A program made the position numbers and the translations under genes. From Phoronis australis (Eukaryota; Animalia; Phoronida), in contig NMRA01000054.1 of the NCBI GenBank assembly GCA_002633005.1, positions 681,711 through 744,360 of the forward strand: a stretch of DNA of 62,650 nt, given 5' to 3'. The notes beneath the pieces were generated by a model. That model had not been told where the DNA came from and made no database searches. It saw only the letters and a program-made list of their open reading frames with translations. This document shows positions 25,401 to 36,900 of this stretch, piece after piece (positions within the stretch are counted from its first letter, which is position 1; every line of letters begins with the position of its first letter).

Positions 25401-27447
25401 AGGGGGGTGGGGTGGGCAGTGTATCAGTTGTGGATCCACCGTGAAGCTAATGAAGCGATCACTGGGGGCGCTCACATTTTAATGTCTTCCCTTACTAAAG
25501 AAAACCTTTATAGTCTTGCGGTAAGAGACTGTCAGAGGCAGTGAAAAGTGAGGAAAGCTGCATGTATTGGTGAAGCTAAGAGGATTTTTAGCTTACACAT
25601 TACTCTTCCAGTCCAGCAATTCTCTTCTACCTTGCCGAGAAGTACACTCACTTCCGCGCCTTCGGAACTACTCCCAGCCAAAGAGCACGTGCCGAGAGCA
25701 TCATGTGTTGGGCCAGCGCCTCTCTGACGAGGTAACTACAACAGCAAAGTACTTGCAAACTCTAACATTTTCATTTTCGAGACGTCAAGGTTGCTCACTT
25801 TAGTATCGAGTTCATTTTTGCAGCGAACGCTCACTATTAACGTGATTGGCTCATTTGGTTTACCAGAATCTCAGATCGAAATTTCGACGTTTTTCTACAT
25901 GGTTTCCAAGGAATAACTGAACTAATTCAAGTCAAGCATCTCCGCCAAACTTTCGGAATGTGGTCATCTAAATTCCGTATATGGTGTCAGTACCATTAGG
26001 AATACAAATTCTCCGTATTTGAAAAACAAAACAAAGCAAAAATCAACAACAAAGGTTTCCACCCAAAACTATACGCGAAACAAAACAATGATGCCGTTGA
26101 TGAATCCTCGGCATAGTGGCATTCGCAAAACGATGAGCTCTGCTCCAAGGAGCACACAAACAAACAAACAAACAAAATTTGCGGTGTGTTCCAGGAGAAT
26201 TCAAAAAACAGAATACTGATTTCTCTTTAAACGCGAAAATAGCTTTTAACCACACCTTCAGAGCATGAATATTGACTGATTGCTTTGACTTGGAATCTTT
26301 CGCAATTTTAAACCAGTTTGCTTCACTTCAGAATTAAGGTGGTGCAGATTGTTCCATAAGAATTTGTTCAGGACACAAGTCGAAGAGTGAAAGGATCTTG
26401 CGCCCAACGAGTGAAATGTTACATTGATTGTATGCGAAATTGGTGTAATTACTGATAATGATTAACGATTTCATAAGTATGCAATTTAATTTTTGCAGAT
26501 CCGTGATGAATAATTTTGTTCATCCTAAAACAGGGAATGAAGAAAAATTAGACCTGGAAGTTATGAAGGAGTTATCAGCTCAAGGTCAAACAGAGGTCAC
26601 TCAACACGTGACAACTTTAGAAAAACATTACTTAAATAAAAACACGTTTTTGTTGGGGAAAGAAGGTAAGAACACCGATTTGAGTTTACGCGTGGATTTC
26701 CTTTTCAACCAAAAACAGCACACAAAAACAATTTGGTGCAAAACCCTTTGAGTAAACATCGTGTCTAACTGCTCGGGCCAGTTCAATGGACGACTGTGAG
26801 AAAATGCTGCGCGTCTCAAACCACCGAATCCATTTTGAGGACTGGGTTTTTAGCTGATTGATGGTTTCATCTTTCCTGTGAAGTACTCATTATAATAGCA
26901 AGTGGGGCTATATACCGACTTTCCGTCAAAGGAATTAACTTTTAATTGACACAATTCACGGCTATAAAACTGATTTGAGCTTGCACCTGACACAGTTCAT
27001 GACTAGCAAACACTCTCTTACTGGTTCCTAGCTGGAGACCATGATAGGCACTTAAAATGACACGCCGTGACAAGCAAACTTGTAATCCCAAGTAACAACC
27101 TACTGTCAAGTCTTTCCGAGCTCAGAAATTGCCTATAACTTGTTTAAGGAACAGAGATCATTTCAATAAGTGGCCTTACTCCTAAACGTTTTTGTTGGCG
27201 ACGTATGGTCAGTCAAAAGCCGCTTTAACACATTTTATTTATCATTTCAGAAACATTTGTCGATTCGTACGTTGCTATGATTTTAACTTCATTGGACTTG
27301 GTGAGCTTTAATTTCAAACCATTCCCAAGGGTTAAAAACTGGTTGAAACAGATCAAGATAAACTGCGGTGAAAATTGGGAGCTTGTCTGTGAAACACACA
27401 ATGTGCAAGTAATGCAAAGAGGCAGCAGGAGAGCTTCCCTCATGTGA
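19395..27447 (+). CDS. Glutathione S-transferase-fold protein (theta-like), model join(19395..19435,24040..24139,24952..25079,25612..25731,26499..26665,27251..27447), 250 aa
   Basis: Phases join exactly (753 nt). GST-N: KIQLVIKKSSPSCRIAWLYLKQNKIQHEIVDV...INVLDTVPCLVDGSTVVHDCPAILFYLAEKY. GST-C: QRARAESIMCW...LEKHYLNKNTFLLGKEETFVDSYV...FPRVKNW. Confidence 0.88.
21955..22172. repeat. Degenerate minisatellite with about 21-bp period
   Basis: Recurring GCGrTCATGTTT / GGTCCTrTTTTG...CCG units, roughly 10 copies. Confidence 0.5.
22632..22708 (+). CDS. GST-like alternative first coding exon 1B: MGTSSSIKIVIKTAEETSEEHSSRP(C)
   Basis: Start context ATTATGG; open for 77 nt to donor TG|GTAAGA; phase 2 also matches the exon at 24040; MGxxxS pattern. 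Confidence 0.55.
24040..24139 (+). CDS. GST-like exon 2
   Basis: RRRASIRPDTGKIQLVIKKSSPSCRIAWLYLKQ; acceptor ctttttcag, donor GTAAGC. Confidence 0.88.
24952..25079 (+). CDS. GST-like exon 3
   Basis: NKIQHEIVDVDDGSKEKQLELHTINVLDTVPCLVDGSTVVHD, containing the VP cis-Pro motif. Confidence 0.88.
25612..25731 (+). CDS. GST-like exon 4
   Basis: (C)PAILFYLAEKYTHFRAFGTTPSQRARAESIMCWASASLT. Confidence 0.88.
26499..26665 (+). CDS. GST-like exon 5
   Basis: (R)SVMNNFVHPK...VTTLEKHYLNKNTFLLGKE. Confidence 0.88.
27251..27447 (+). CDS. GST-like terminal exon 6
   Basis: (E)TFVDSYVAMILTSLDLVSFNFKPFPRVKNWLKQIK...RGSRRASLM followed by TGA; TxxD N-capping box. Confidence 0.88.
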
Positions 27448-29009
27448 CGTAGTGGTAGCTCGTGCGACCAACAGCAGACGATGTGATCTTTCGTACGGTG
27501 TTTTACCGTTTCCCAGTCATTTCCATAAAGATGGCGTTGTGACAGAGGCTTGGTAACACGATGGCATGTTAATCGTACTTCTGAAAGGTTACATGCGTAG
27601 GATGTGGTGTATGACATTACTTCGTATCACAGATTATATTCCCATGCAGTGTATTCTGAAAAAGCATGTCGTTGTCTTATAACATCACCGAGCATCAACC
27701 AGTAATGAAAAGCGACTGTTCTTAGATAACTCATTGGGTTTCATTTCATATGCTTCCCTTTCTCGTAAATTGCCGATTTACGGAACAGTTACTGTTTTTG
27801 AGCGAATTCATGAAATTTCACCAATTTCTTCGACACGTTGTTTGACAGTTCTGGGTGTGCCGACTCGTGCAAACCGGGGTCTCATCACCTGGTGACTGAG
27901 ATTTATGATAGCTGTTGAGGTCTCAATAGACGCCGCTAAACCTTCAGTGGAAAAACGGGAAAAGACTGACTCGTCATAGAAATCATTAAAAGGTAGAAAA
28001 GATGAAATCAAGTCACAGAAATGTATAAAAAGTCTGCTAACAGTTTGGCGGCGTCTTTGGAAGCCTTCAGCAAGCGATCTGTTGGAAGTCAGGTTGAGAA
28101 AGGACCCTTATTTCATATGATTATGTAACAGTTTATTTCTCCCAAGAGACGACTATACGTATGTGTTAGCCATGTGTTTGGCTCTTTGGTTTGTGAAATA
28201 AATATTAATTTTCTGTCGCTGAGCTTCACGAAAACAAAAATATGAAATGGTCAAATAATTTTATAAGTTATAGAGTGGACACATTTTGGCCCACTTACTA
28301 CACTATTTTGCAACTAGCAGACTGTTGTGGTTTTTATAAAAGTCTTGAGAGTGCGAAACTCCCTGTCAGAACCACCCGGTAACAGAAACGTGGAACGTCG
28401 GCAGTACAGGTTTTTTGATTGGCGAGAGTCATGGAAACCTATATCTTTCCGAAGATTAAATAATCTAGCAAACGCCAGTATTTCAATATCAAAATATGTA
28501 AAACAATTTTCAGGCATCCTTGCTTTTGACCAGCCGCCTCATACTGAATATTCAAGACGTGTTTTAAATACTCGTTTTTTTATTAACGTTTTCTTAACTT
28601 TTCACTTTACATATTTTTTAAATTTCGTTTCGCGTAATAGGTATCCAGCCTTTCGTTGTTTTGGACCAACCGTCAATACGGAATATTCAAAACCCTTAAA
28701 AAATACCCGTTTTTGTTTTTTATTTATTTTTTTAATTAATCTCTATTTATTTTGAAGATGAACCATCCTCTGAAGTTGTCTAAAAGTTCTGTACCAACAC
28801 TACCTGTGGTGAATTCATTATCAACAATTCCGATTATTCCAATATTTGTTCATTTTCTTTTTCATAAACAAACATGAAAACACGTCAGCTAACAAAATTC
28901 CAATTTCAATATAACTTTTTAATCTCTGTAGTGTAATACCATAAGAATGAGCGTTCACACGCTGAATATATTTGTATATACATGTAAGAGTTATGATTAC
29001 AGTAATCCG

Positions 29010-29524
29010 TCCACAAAGTTCTAAAATAGAGCGATCGTCAGTTTTAGTGTCTTTGTCAAAGAAATTCGCAATAAAGTCCATGCTCCATCCTCGTCACCCA
29101 TATAGCAAACAAAACATACAACATATTGTCCAAAAACTGTCGACGAAAGACCCTGAAGTTGTCTGATCTGAGTTGTCCATCCATTCGTATTTCTATCGAG
29201 AAAGTCTCGCAAGTGGTCCGATAGCGGTGGCACGCCGTACGAGTCAAAATATTCTCCTTTTCCATCCTGGGTTAGATATAAATAGCCAGCAGTATGTTCC
29301 AGGTTTGTGGCTGGGATCGTAGTAGCAAAGGTAAGAATTCGGATGTGAAACGATACACTGGCAAGACGACAACCAAAGACCGGTCCCACAAAGTCATCGG
29401 TTTCTAGAACTGCAGTAATCTGATCAGTCCTCATGGTGTGAAATCAAACAAGACGTTTCTAGCTCTGTCAATTTCCACAATGTTCTCAAATTCGGCATAA
29501 CAAACGGCGTTTGTTGTGGAAGCC
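29010..29524 (-). mobile_element. Maverick/Polinton (adintovirus-like) relic: major capsid protein C-terminus plus adenain-like protease pseudogene
   Basis: 29524 to 29431 reads ASTTNAVCYAEFENIVEIDRARNVLFDFTP-stop, resembling the Maverick MCP C-terminus. Its stop overlaps the ATG of MRTDQITAVLETDDF...GEYFDSYGVPP...QLQGLSSTVFGQY, with frameshifted tail SMDFIANFFDKDTKTDD. Confidence 0.8.
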
Positions 29525-30882
29525 ATCACATGTGACCTTTGATTTTTCCTTTCGGATATATGACCTTTGACCGAGGACCCTCATAAGCGGGGGTCCTAAA
29601 CAACTATACGATATAGAAATGATAAACTTATAGTTACTGAGAAATTTAAGAACATTTGGAAGTAATTAAACGTGAAAGAGAAAGAGCAACAACCACAACA
29701 CGTTGCTGATCTTTATAAGCTACCAATGTATTACAAAGTCTAGTTTTGACGATTTTAATATGGAAAGATCATTCCATTTCTTACCAGCTACGTGCTGAAA
29801 TCACTGTTTTCGAAAATTTGTTTTAACTTTTAAATATCATAGTTTAGGGAAAATCTTTGGCTTGATGGATCTGGTTTATAAAAGCAGTAATAACATATAG
29901 GTAAATAGGAGCTAGTTCCTTAACACACTTTGAACACAGGTTGATACGCATCAAAATCTCTCCAATCTGCCTTTGTGCGCCTCAGCTGAGTTGACTGCGT
30001 ACAACATCAGAGCTTCTTGAAAGCCTCCCAGCAAACAATTACCTCCCTGTATATTGTCTGCTTACACGAGTAGCATACAACCTCACAATGCTCTAAGATG
30101 GATGTGACCAGATACATGTACCACACGTCTGAAAGTACTGTGCAAATCAAAGTACTTCTTGAGCTAAGCCGTCTTTTAAGAGCCCTATTCTTTGAGAAAC
30201 TTTAGATACAAGATTATTGCTATATCCATGATGGCGTTCTTGTCGTTAATGGAAATCAAATCCTGTTATATTGGCAAGGAATATTGAGGGACAGACTTCA
30301 AGAGTTCATTCACTTTTCGTTTTTTGACAGTTAACTGTTGAGGTTGAGAAAATGCATTAACTTTATTACATGGATAAGTACGGGTCTATATTTGGAAATA
30401 GTTTAATATGGAGGGGCGTATTCAAAGTTTCTGAGTGGGGAACTCGTTCGCAACGGTGGTCACTTATTCACAGTTTTCTTGGAGGATTTTAAGGGAACCT
30501 CTAAATTTGCCACTGAAAATCGCCAGATAATAACTCCCTTTCTCATTTTTCCGTTATTAGTGGTAGTTTTTAATAGTTTCTGCATGTCACCAAAGATGAA
30601 TACAGTTGTGATGGATAATTGAACAATTCTGAAAAAAAGATGTTCATAACTGTTTTTGGAGAAACAAGATTGCCGGTACAAATACCCGGTGAAATAAAAA
30701 CCTAATCATCTATTCATGTCGTGATAACCTAATTAAAATTGATAACCAATTATCTTTCATGAGATTAAAAATTGTTTACTGATAACTGTAAGATATAGTA
30801 CACATACATGGAAGGTGCTTTTGGACATTGAACTTCAAACATACACTAAAATGTTTATTGAATGTGGGAGACAGTCAACATA

Positions 30883-30946
30883 ATGGATCCTTTAAGCTGG
30901 CTGATACTCAGTATCTGCGTTTTTGAAATCGGAAACGCAAAAGAAC
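30883..30946 (+). CDS. ALP: ALP exon 1 (signal peptide)
   Basis: Start context ATAATGG; hydrophobic core; donor GTAAGT; phase 1 fits exon 2. Confidence 0.75.
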
Positions 30947-33900
30947 GTAAGTTTGTCACGTCAACCAGTTGTAACCTTTGTAGGTCAAATAAGACGTCCT
31001 TTGTAAACGATTAATCAGTTTGTTAAGTCTCTTCAATCATTGTCTCGCTATACTCAAACGTTAATCTAATTGCTCGTAAGGAACGTATTTGAAGTTTTCA
31101 TAGTGATGAAATACTTGCGTTTTAACAAAGGTCCTAAGCCTGGTCGTAGCTGACGGTCGTATGTACGCGAGAAAGTTGTAACCGACAACGGTAATATTTT
31201 TGCTACTCAGACCTCCGACCGCCTTCGCGAGCCACGATTATGAACTGTGAACGAATCGAAGTAGATTTTTGGGGTAGGAAACATGTAGTACCGAATTGTC
31301 ACTGGAGTTTCTAAGTATCAAAGGGAGCCCTGTTGTAGAGATAATCGGAACCCGTAAGGAGCTTTGACGGAAAGGGAACTCTTTCGCAGGTAAAATGATT
31401 GTTTAAAGTCACGCATGAGAGCGGTAGGTCCCTCTATTCCCGGCCAGATAAGCAAATAATTTAGCATCCTGGGAAACATCTAGTCGTCCTGACTGTGCCT
31501 TCACGGAATGACAATCGTCACTAGAAATCTCGAATACTGTTCAAAACTTATAACCTGATGCTGAGAAAAACATGTTTCTTGTACAATACGTAAAGTTTTA
31601 GTCTGAAACTACATGTGCTGTGCCAACCGCATGAAAATGCGCGGCCGCGGTGTAGGAAGACACAGAGGTGTTGAAGCCACGTCTTGAATTCAGGTTGCAA
31701 AAATCACAAAATGAATAGACAATAAAATTTATCTCAAACCAATGCAAATTCAGGAATACGCAATAAAAGTGGCGTTTCGCCGGTTCCCGAATTCGCACTG
31801 TGCAATTACGAGAGGCACCGCGTAATACCGAACAAATTATTCTAAATTAACTTTCAGCGGCTGCACAATGGAGAAAACAGGCGCAGAGTGAAATACAGGA
31901 CGCTTTGCAACGGAGGCCTAACACAAACGTCGCCAAAAATGTGATTCTTTTTGTCGGTGACGGAATGGGTGTGTCCACTGTTACAGGTAAGATCGAAGTC
32001 TAACCACGAATGTCACAAGAAATTCGCGAGAAAAGCTAAAATGCGATCTCATGGTTTGATATATTGCAATGTATGGAGATGTTTTACTTTTGCACGAGTT
32101 TCTTGCGTCCACGGAACGCATCGTGGAGAGATGAATTGATTTTCTGGCCGGAAAACTTAAGGACATAGTAAACATTTCAAATCTGTCGCAACGGCACACC
32201 AGAATTTGAAATTGGGTTTGGGTATACGCCTTCCAAGAATGAGGAATTCCCCAAAAGTGAGCCGCTTTTTGACAAGCAATTTCTCAACAACGACCGATTT
32301 TTTGTCAAATTTCGTACAGATGAACCTTGGGATATCCTCAACAAATGTACAAATATCACAGAGATTTGTGACCAATTGTGCGAGTACTGTCAAATCATAA
32401 ACATCAGGTCAAAAATGAAATACCAAAAGGAAGCTCGCATATTTCAGTCTATGCTCAATGTGGCCTCCATCTTCCTCCACAACTAAACGGAACCGTTTCT
32501 TCCAACCAGAAACACTTTTCCGTATTTCTTTCATCGAGGTTTCCTCCCATGACATAATTATCCTGTCTTCTAACTCCTGCTCAGTCAAGTTGTCTCTCAT
32601 TCTCCATCGGAACCTTCTCCTTCAGAGAGTCCTATATGGCATAGTCCTTGGGATTACAATCAGCATTGAGCGAAGGACACTCATTACTATTGATGAATTT
32701 TGGTGTCGCTTCCTTCAGATGAGCTGGGTTATCGTGCTCGTGTGTGAAGGAGCCCTATCTTGCTGAATCACGTAACTGTTTCCAGGATAAAGTCGCCTGC
32801 AATCCGGAAGAAAATTTTTATCCAATAAATGCTTGTAGCTTTGACTGGTTAGTAAAATAAATATATTGTTTTTCCGACCCAGGATACTCCAACAGAAACC
32901 ATTACTTTTTTGGAAAATCTAGAAGTCTCATGATAGAGTCGAGAAGGCTGAATTTTTCGTTTTTGTTTTCAATAAACACGATCGTTCTGGCGATTTTTAG
33001 CGATTTCTAGCGTAAAGTCTGTTTCATTAGTGAAAACGATTCAGTCTTTCCACGTCAGTGGCTGAATAGTGGTCATACAAGTATGGGCGTTGAGTTTTTA
33101 TTTTCCTTCTAACATTTTTACCTCTCCGAGATACCCATATTCTCTTGAAAGGTTTTAGCTCCAGTTTTTCGCCATTCTTTACACAGGAGACTTGCTCACT
33201 TGCAAATAGCTTGCGACTTCTCTCAGAGATTTGTGATTTCCAGGGTTGTCCTCCCGGGAGTGAATCTGTTCCTCAATACAATCCTCGTTTTCTTTCGAAC
33301 ATGCAGTCTTGGATCTCCCACCGTCACTTTTACGCGCAACAGACCCTGTGTTGCGTATGTTAGCAATAAGTCTATTTACAGTCGCACGACACCACCCTTT
33401 TACTGGGGACTCCCTTACGATTCTTCCGCTCCACCCTTTCTCCTTGAAACAGGTTTCAATAGTAAATTTATATTGCTTTCACTCAAAGGCATTCTTACAA
33501 ACCGGAATATTGGACAGAATTAATTTGGATGCAGATATGGCAATAAAAAGACAATAGACTTTGAGACGCAGGCAGGCAATTTTTTTAGTGACCGATGCCA
33601 GCACAGCATGGACACTATGAAAGTCACAGTGATTTCATATTTCTTTGTACTGAATTCAGTGAACAGTACTTCCATAAGTTTTATATTTCTCTGAGATACT
33701 TTGTAGACTTGTTGATGACACCTTGAAGATAAACTGTGAAAAAATTAAGCGAATTCGGTTAGTCAATTGCTGAGGAATTACTTGTCAAAAAGTGGATCAC
33801 TTTTTTGAGGCACTTGCTATGTATGTTCAACAGCCTAGAATTGCGAATCACTAAATACAGCTTGAACATGTTATGTATTCAGACAATTTTATGATTCATT

Positions 33901-36900
33901 AGAAAATTTATAACTCGTCAATCTTAGATCCATCTATGTGGAGATGAGTGATTTTGGAAAAAACTTGGAAAGTGAATATATCTTTTAACTGAGGCACCAA
34001 CTCTGAATCGTCTTGTTAATTTCTTACTAGCAGCTACCCCTTTAAGTATTGAATGAAACTTGAGCACGTGGTTTATGATACGCCAGTGTGCAGACATCAA
34101 CCGTGACTAAGGTTGTCAGTAGTCTTGACTAACACATATGATTACTATTGCTGCAAATACCTCTTTAATTCAAAATCAGTTTCGCGAATCCAATTTATTT
34201 TCCTTTTATAATAAAGTTCCGGAAACATTGTCACACCTTTTGGGGAATGCAGTTGAGTAGCGGATTTTTGGAAGGAGTTCCGAGAGCTACTTAAAAATTA
34301 TTACATCCTTCCCAATTACTTTCCTTATCGGCTTCGATCCTTGGATTTTACGAAGCATAAGATTTCCTATTCAACACTTCATTGTAACAGGGAAACCATA
34401 CATTTATAGCAAAAAATGTAAAAAAATGTACCTCATATTCACTACATATGTTCATTGTATGCCTCAGAAAATGTATTGCTGTGTGACAACTTTACTGGAA
34501 ATGGGAGAATTTTGGGGTACACATAATTCAATGTAAAACAGGTATAAATATTTCTACATTTGTCAAGACAGGCCATTCTCATGACGGTGCATGTGCATGT
34601 ATGTGAGTGACCGCTTTTTTGCTCTTTCGTAATTGTCTGTTTATAGTAATACATTATAAAAATTTAAGTATGAAATTTGCCTATGAGTGAAAACTAGTGA
34701 AGGGATGGGACAGGTGGGGAAAGTTTGCAGGGAAAAGTGAATTCGCACGATCCGCGTTAGCAAGAACTGAAGACTATGCTCATAACCGTTTTTACCCCAC
34801 TTGAGACAACATTGTCATTATGTTGGCCAAAATTAATTATGTACCATCAAATTTACATTTTGGCTCAACGTGTTCTTCAAACCCAACTCTGATCATTTGT
34901 ATGATGTATAGGTACTTTGTATCGGGAGTGCTAAAGTTTAGGTTGATGGTGGCGCGACTTCTCTTTCAAAAGCCCGCTTTCCGTAAAAACAACTAACCAG
35001 CGAAGGCATCAAAATGTTAGTTAGTCAGATCAGAAGTGATTTCTGGACTTGAGAATAACTGACAGGTTTCGAAGGTTGAGACTACACGTAGTTTGAATAA
35101 TTTGGCTCGACCCTGACGGTAATTTATTTGCCGAGCCCGATTACAAGTTCAATAACGAACTGCCAGTTCCCGCCATGACCAACCAATCACCCTATACTTT
35201 TACTGGAACAACTGCAGTTCACAAAATATTTATCACGCCAAAACGACTACGGACATGACAGAAACACTGCAAACGGGAACACCTGTGCTGTAGGGGAGGA
35301 AGTCAATTACTGGATTGAAGTTGGAATTGTACAATGCATGGTCAAATAATATGGAGTTAATGAAACTGATATACAGAGCACTGAGATTTTTTATTGGTAT
35401 CTCTGTTACCATGGCACTATTTATTAATGACAAGTACGTGAATACATACGACTAGTTACAGAGTGTGTTCTAAGTCATTTTAATCCACCCACAAACCTAT
35501 TTCAGCGATGAGAATTAAAAAAGGCCAAGACCAAGGGCAAGCGGGTGAAGAAAACGTGTTATCATTTGAAAAATTTCCACATGTTGCGTTGTCCAAGGTA
35601 TGTCTGACAGTCACATCTGTAACGTGATAATTAATCTGTATATGAAACTATGGCACAATGCAAAGTCGAGTAGGAAGCACCACATGACTAGAATCACTTT
35701 CAGTTTGGTTTCTTACTAATAACCTGCATGGGGTTCACTACAACCAGCCTTGATGAATTCAAACATCATAATACTCAATGGTGTTATTTCTTCATAAAAC
35801 CGTAACTTCAACTCAGAGACAATTTTCCATAATTAATTGCACAGAGGAGTTCAACTGCATAAAAGTCAATTCCAACAAATGTGCATAGCAACGTGCACAG
35901 CAAACGTCAAATTGGATCTTTCATCCTGCATCACACTGAAATTCAACTAAAGCAGTCTAAGTACAGCAAGCCCGTCACAAATACAAAACCTTTTTTCATA
36001 AACGTAAGCATTTACAAGTGAACTACCATACAAAAGTCGATAGTAGAGTTAAAAATCCTCATTTTTAACATTCATTTGGTTCTGTTTTCGCTCACAATAT
36101 TTATCATATTTTCCTCATTAAGGTCGTCCCAGTCATTGATGGTGACATGCTTGCTAAATTTTTGACACTTGAGCCCGACCTCCTTGGCTGTGCTTGACAC
36201 CAACATTTTCTCCTTGAATACACACTCATCATCAGACGACCTGTTAAATTAGAAAACTGAAGCTTATAACAGTTGAAAAACAGTTTTTAAGAGAGATGCC
36301 ACATACGTGCTTACCAAAAGTCAAAGTCCAGAGCACAAGGTGTCTCAAAATTAGTACAACCCACTAACAAAACAAATTTTTATTCATACCATAAACCCGA
36401 GAATTTATTGCATTTTCTAATTAACACTGACAACATATCAATTACAACAAACATTTGTCACAGAATGACTTCATGGTTATTTGTCACAGAATGACTTCAT
36501 AGTTATTTGTCACAGAATGACTTCATGGTTCCCTGCCACAGAAGGATGTATATTGCTGGGCTGTAACTTTATGTGGTAATTTATTTGAATGGAACAAAAT
36601 ATTGTTGAATCCAATTTTTCTGTTTTTTGTTCTGTAACCAAACAGTCGAATTTATACAGAGTGTTCTGTTCATTTAAAGTGGACCTTATTTTTTCACTTA
36701 AAAACTTGATTTTCTCAGTGTGACCTTAAACTCATGTCAAGGTCACCAAAATCGACTGGTGCCTACAGATAACCCACCTACACCTCAGTACAAAACATGA
36801 AGAAAGTCCACGGCTTCCTTGTTGCGATATCTAGCCTACAAGGTCACCATAATCAATTGGCGCTTGCAGATGCCTCACTATACCTCTGTACCAAAGATTA

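Noticed and set aside
36453-36530. Short direct repeats resembling a CRISPR array
   Set aside because: Head-to-tail 26-bp tandem with no spacers, no cas genes, and an intronic eukaryotic context.
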